This document shows, piece by piece, positions 63,970 to 64,000 of a DNA stretch of 64,000 bases. The DNA lies in assembly GCA_003427395.1 (NCBI GenBank), contig BFEA01000035.1, positions 1,185,379 to 1,249,378 of the forward strand, given 5' to 3'. The notes under the pieces are model-generated. The model did not search any database and was not told the DNA's origin. It saw nothing but the letters and a program-made list of their open reading frames with translations. A program made the position numbers and the translations under genes. Numbering within the stretch: position 1 is the first letter of the stretch; every line of letters starts with the position of its first letter. The DNA comes from Chara braunii. Its lineage: Eukaryota; Plantae; Charophyceae.

Positions 63970-64000
<31 letters not shown>
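63970..64000. repeat. (GATA)n microsatellite
   Basis: Read directly from the sequence. Confidence 0.95.

Overview
Eukaryotic, almost entirely transposon-derived DNA with no intact host gene. The TE protein motifs resemble, from memory, those of the charophyte alga Chara; this assignment is unverified inference. Contents: (1) a decayed minus-strand chromovirus-like Ty3/Gypsy (5' LTR 14273-12950, ~2 kb leader interrupted by a LINE, gag, pol) cut by a related LTR ending at 1739; (2) four copies of an L1/Tx1-type LINE, two near full length; (3) SINE-like pieces, some sharing the LINE 3' tail, and a retroposed 5' half of U2 snRNA; (4) an LTR whose internal 82-bp unit expanded into a ~5.4-kb satellite with higher-order structure; (5) a second, divergent plus-strand Gypsy (43289-49854); and (6) a second copy of the Gypsy leader (55280-57980). 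Main candidates for novelty: three diverged paralogous ~240-aa ORFs directly upstream of the second Gypsy's gag; two arrays of stem-loops with conserved loops and variable, compensating stems in both leader copies; and a non-tRNA primer site that looks Tf1-style self-primed. All identities and boundaries were estimated by eye.
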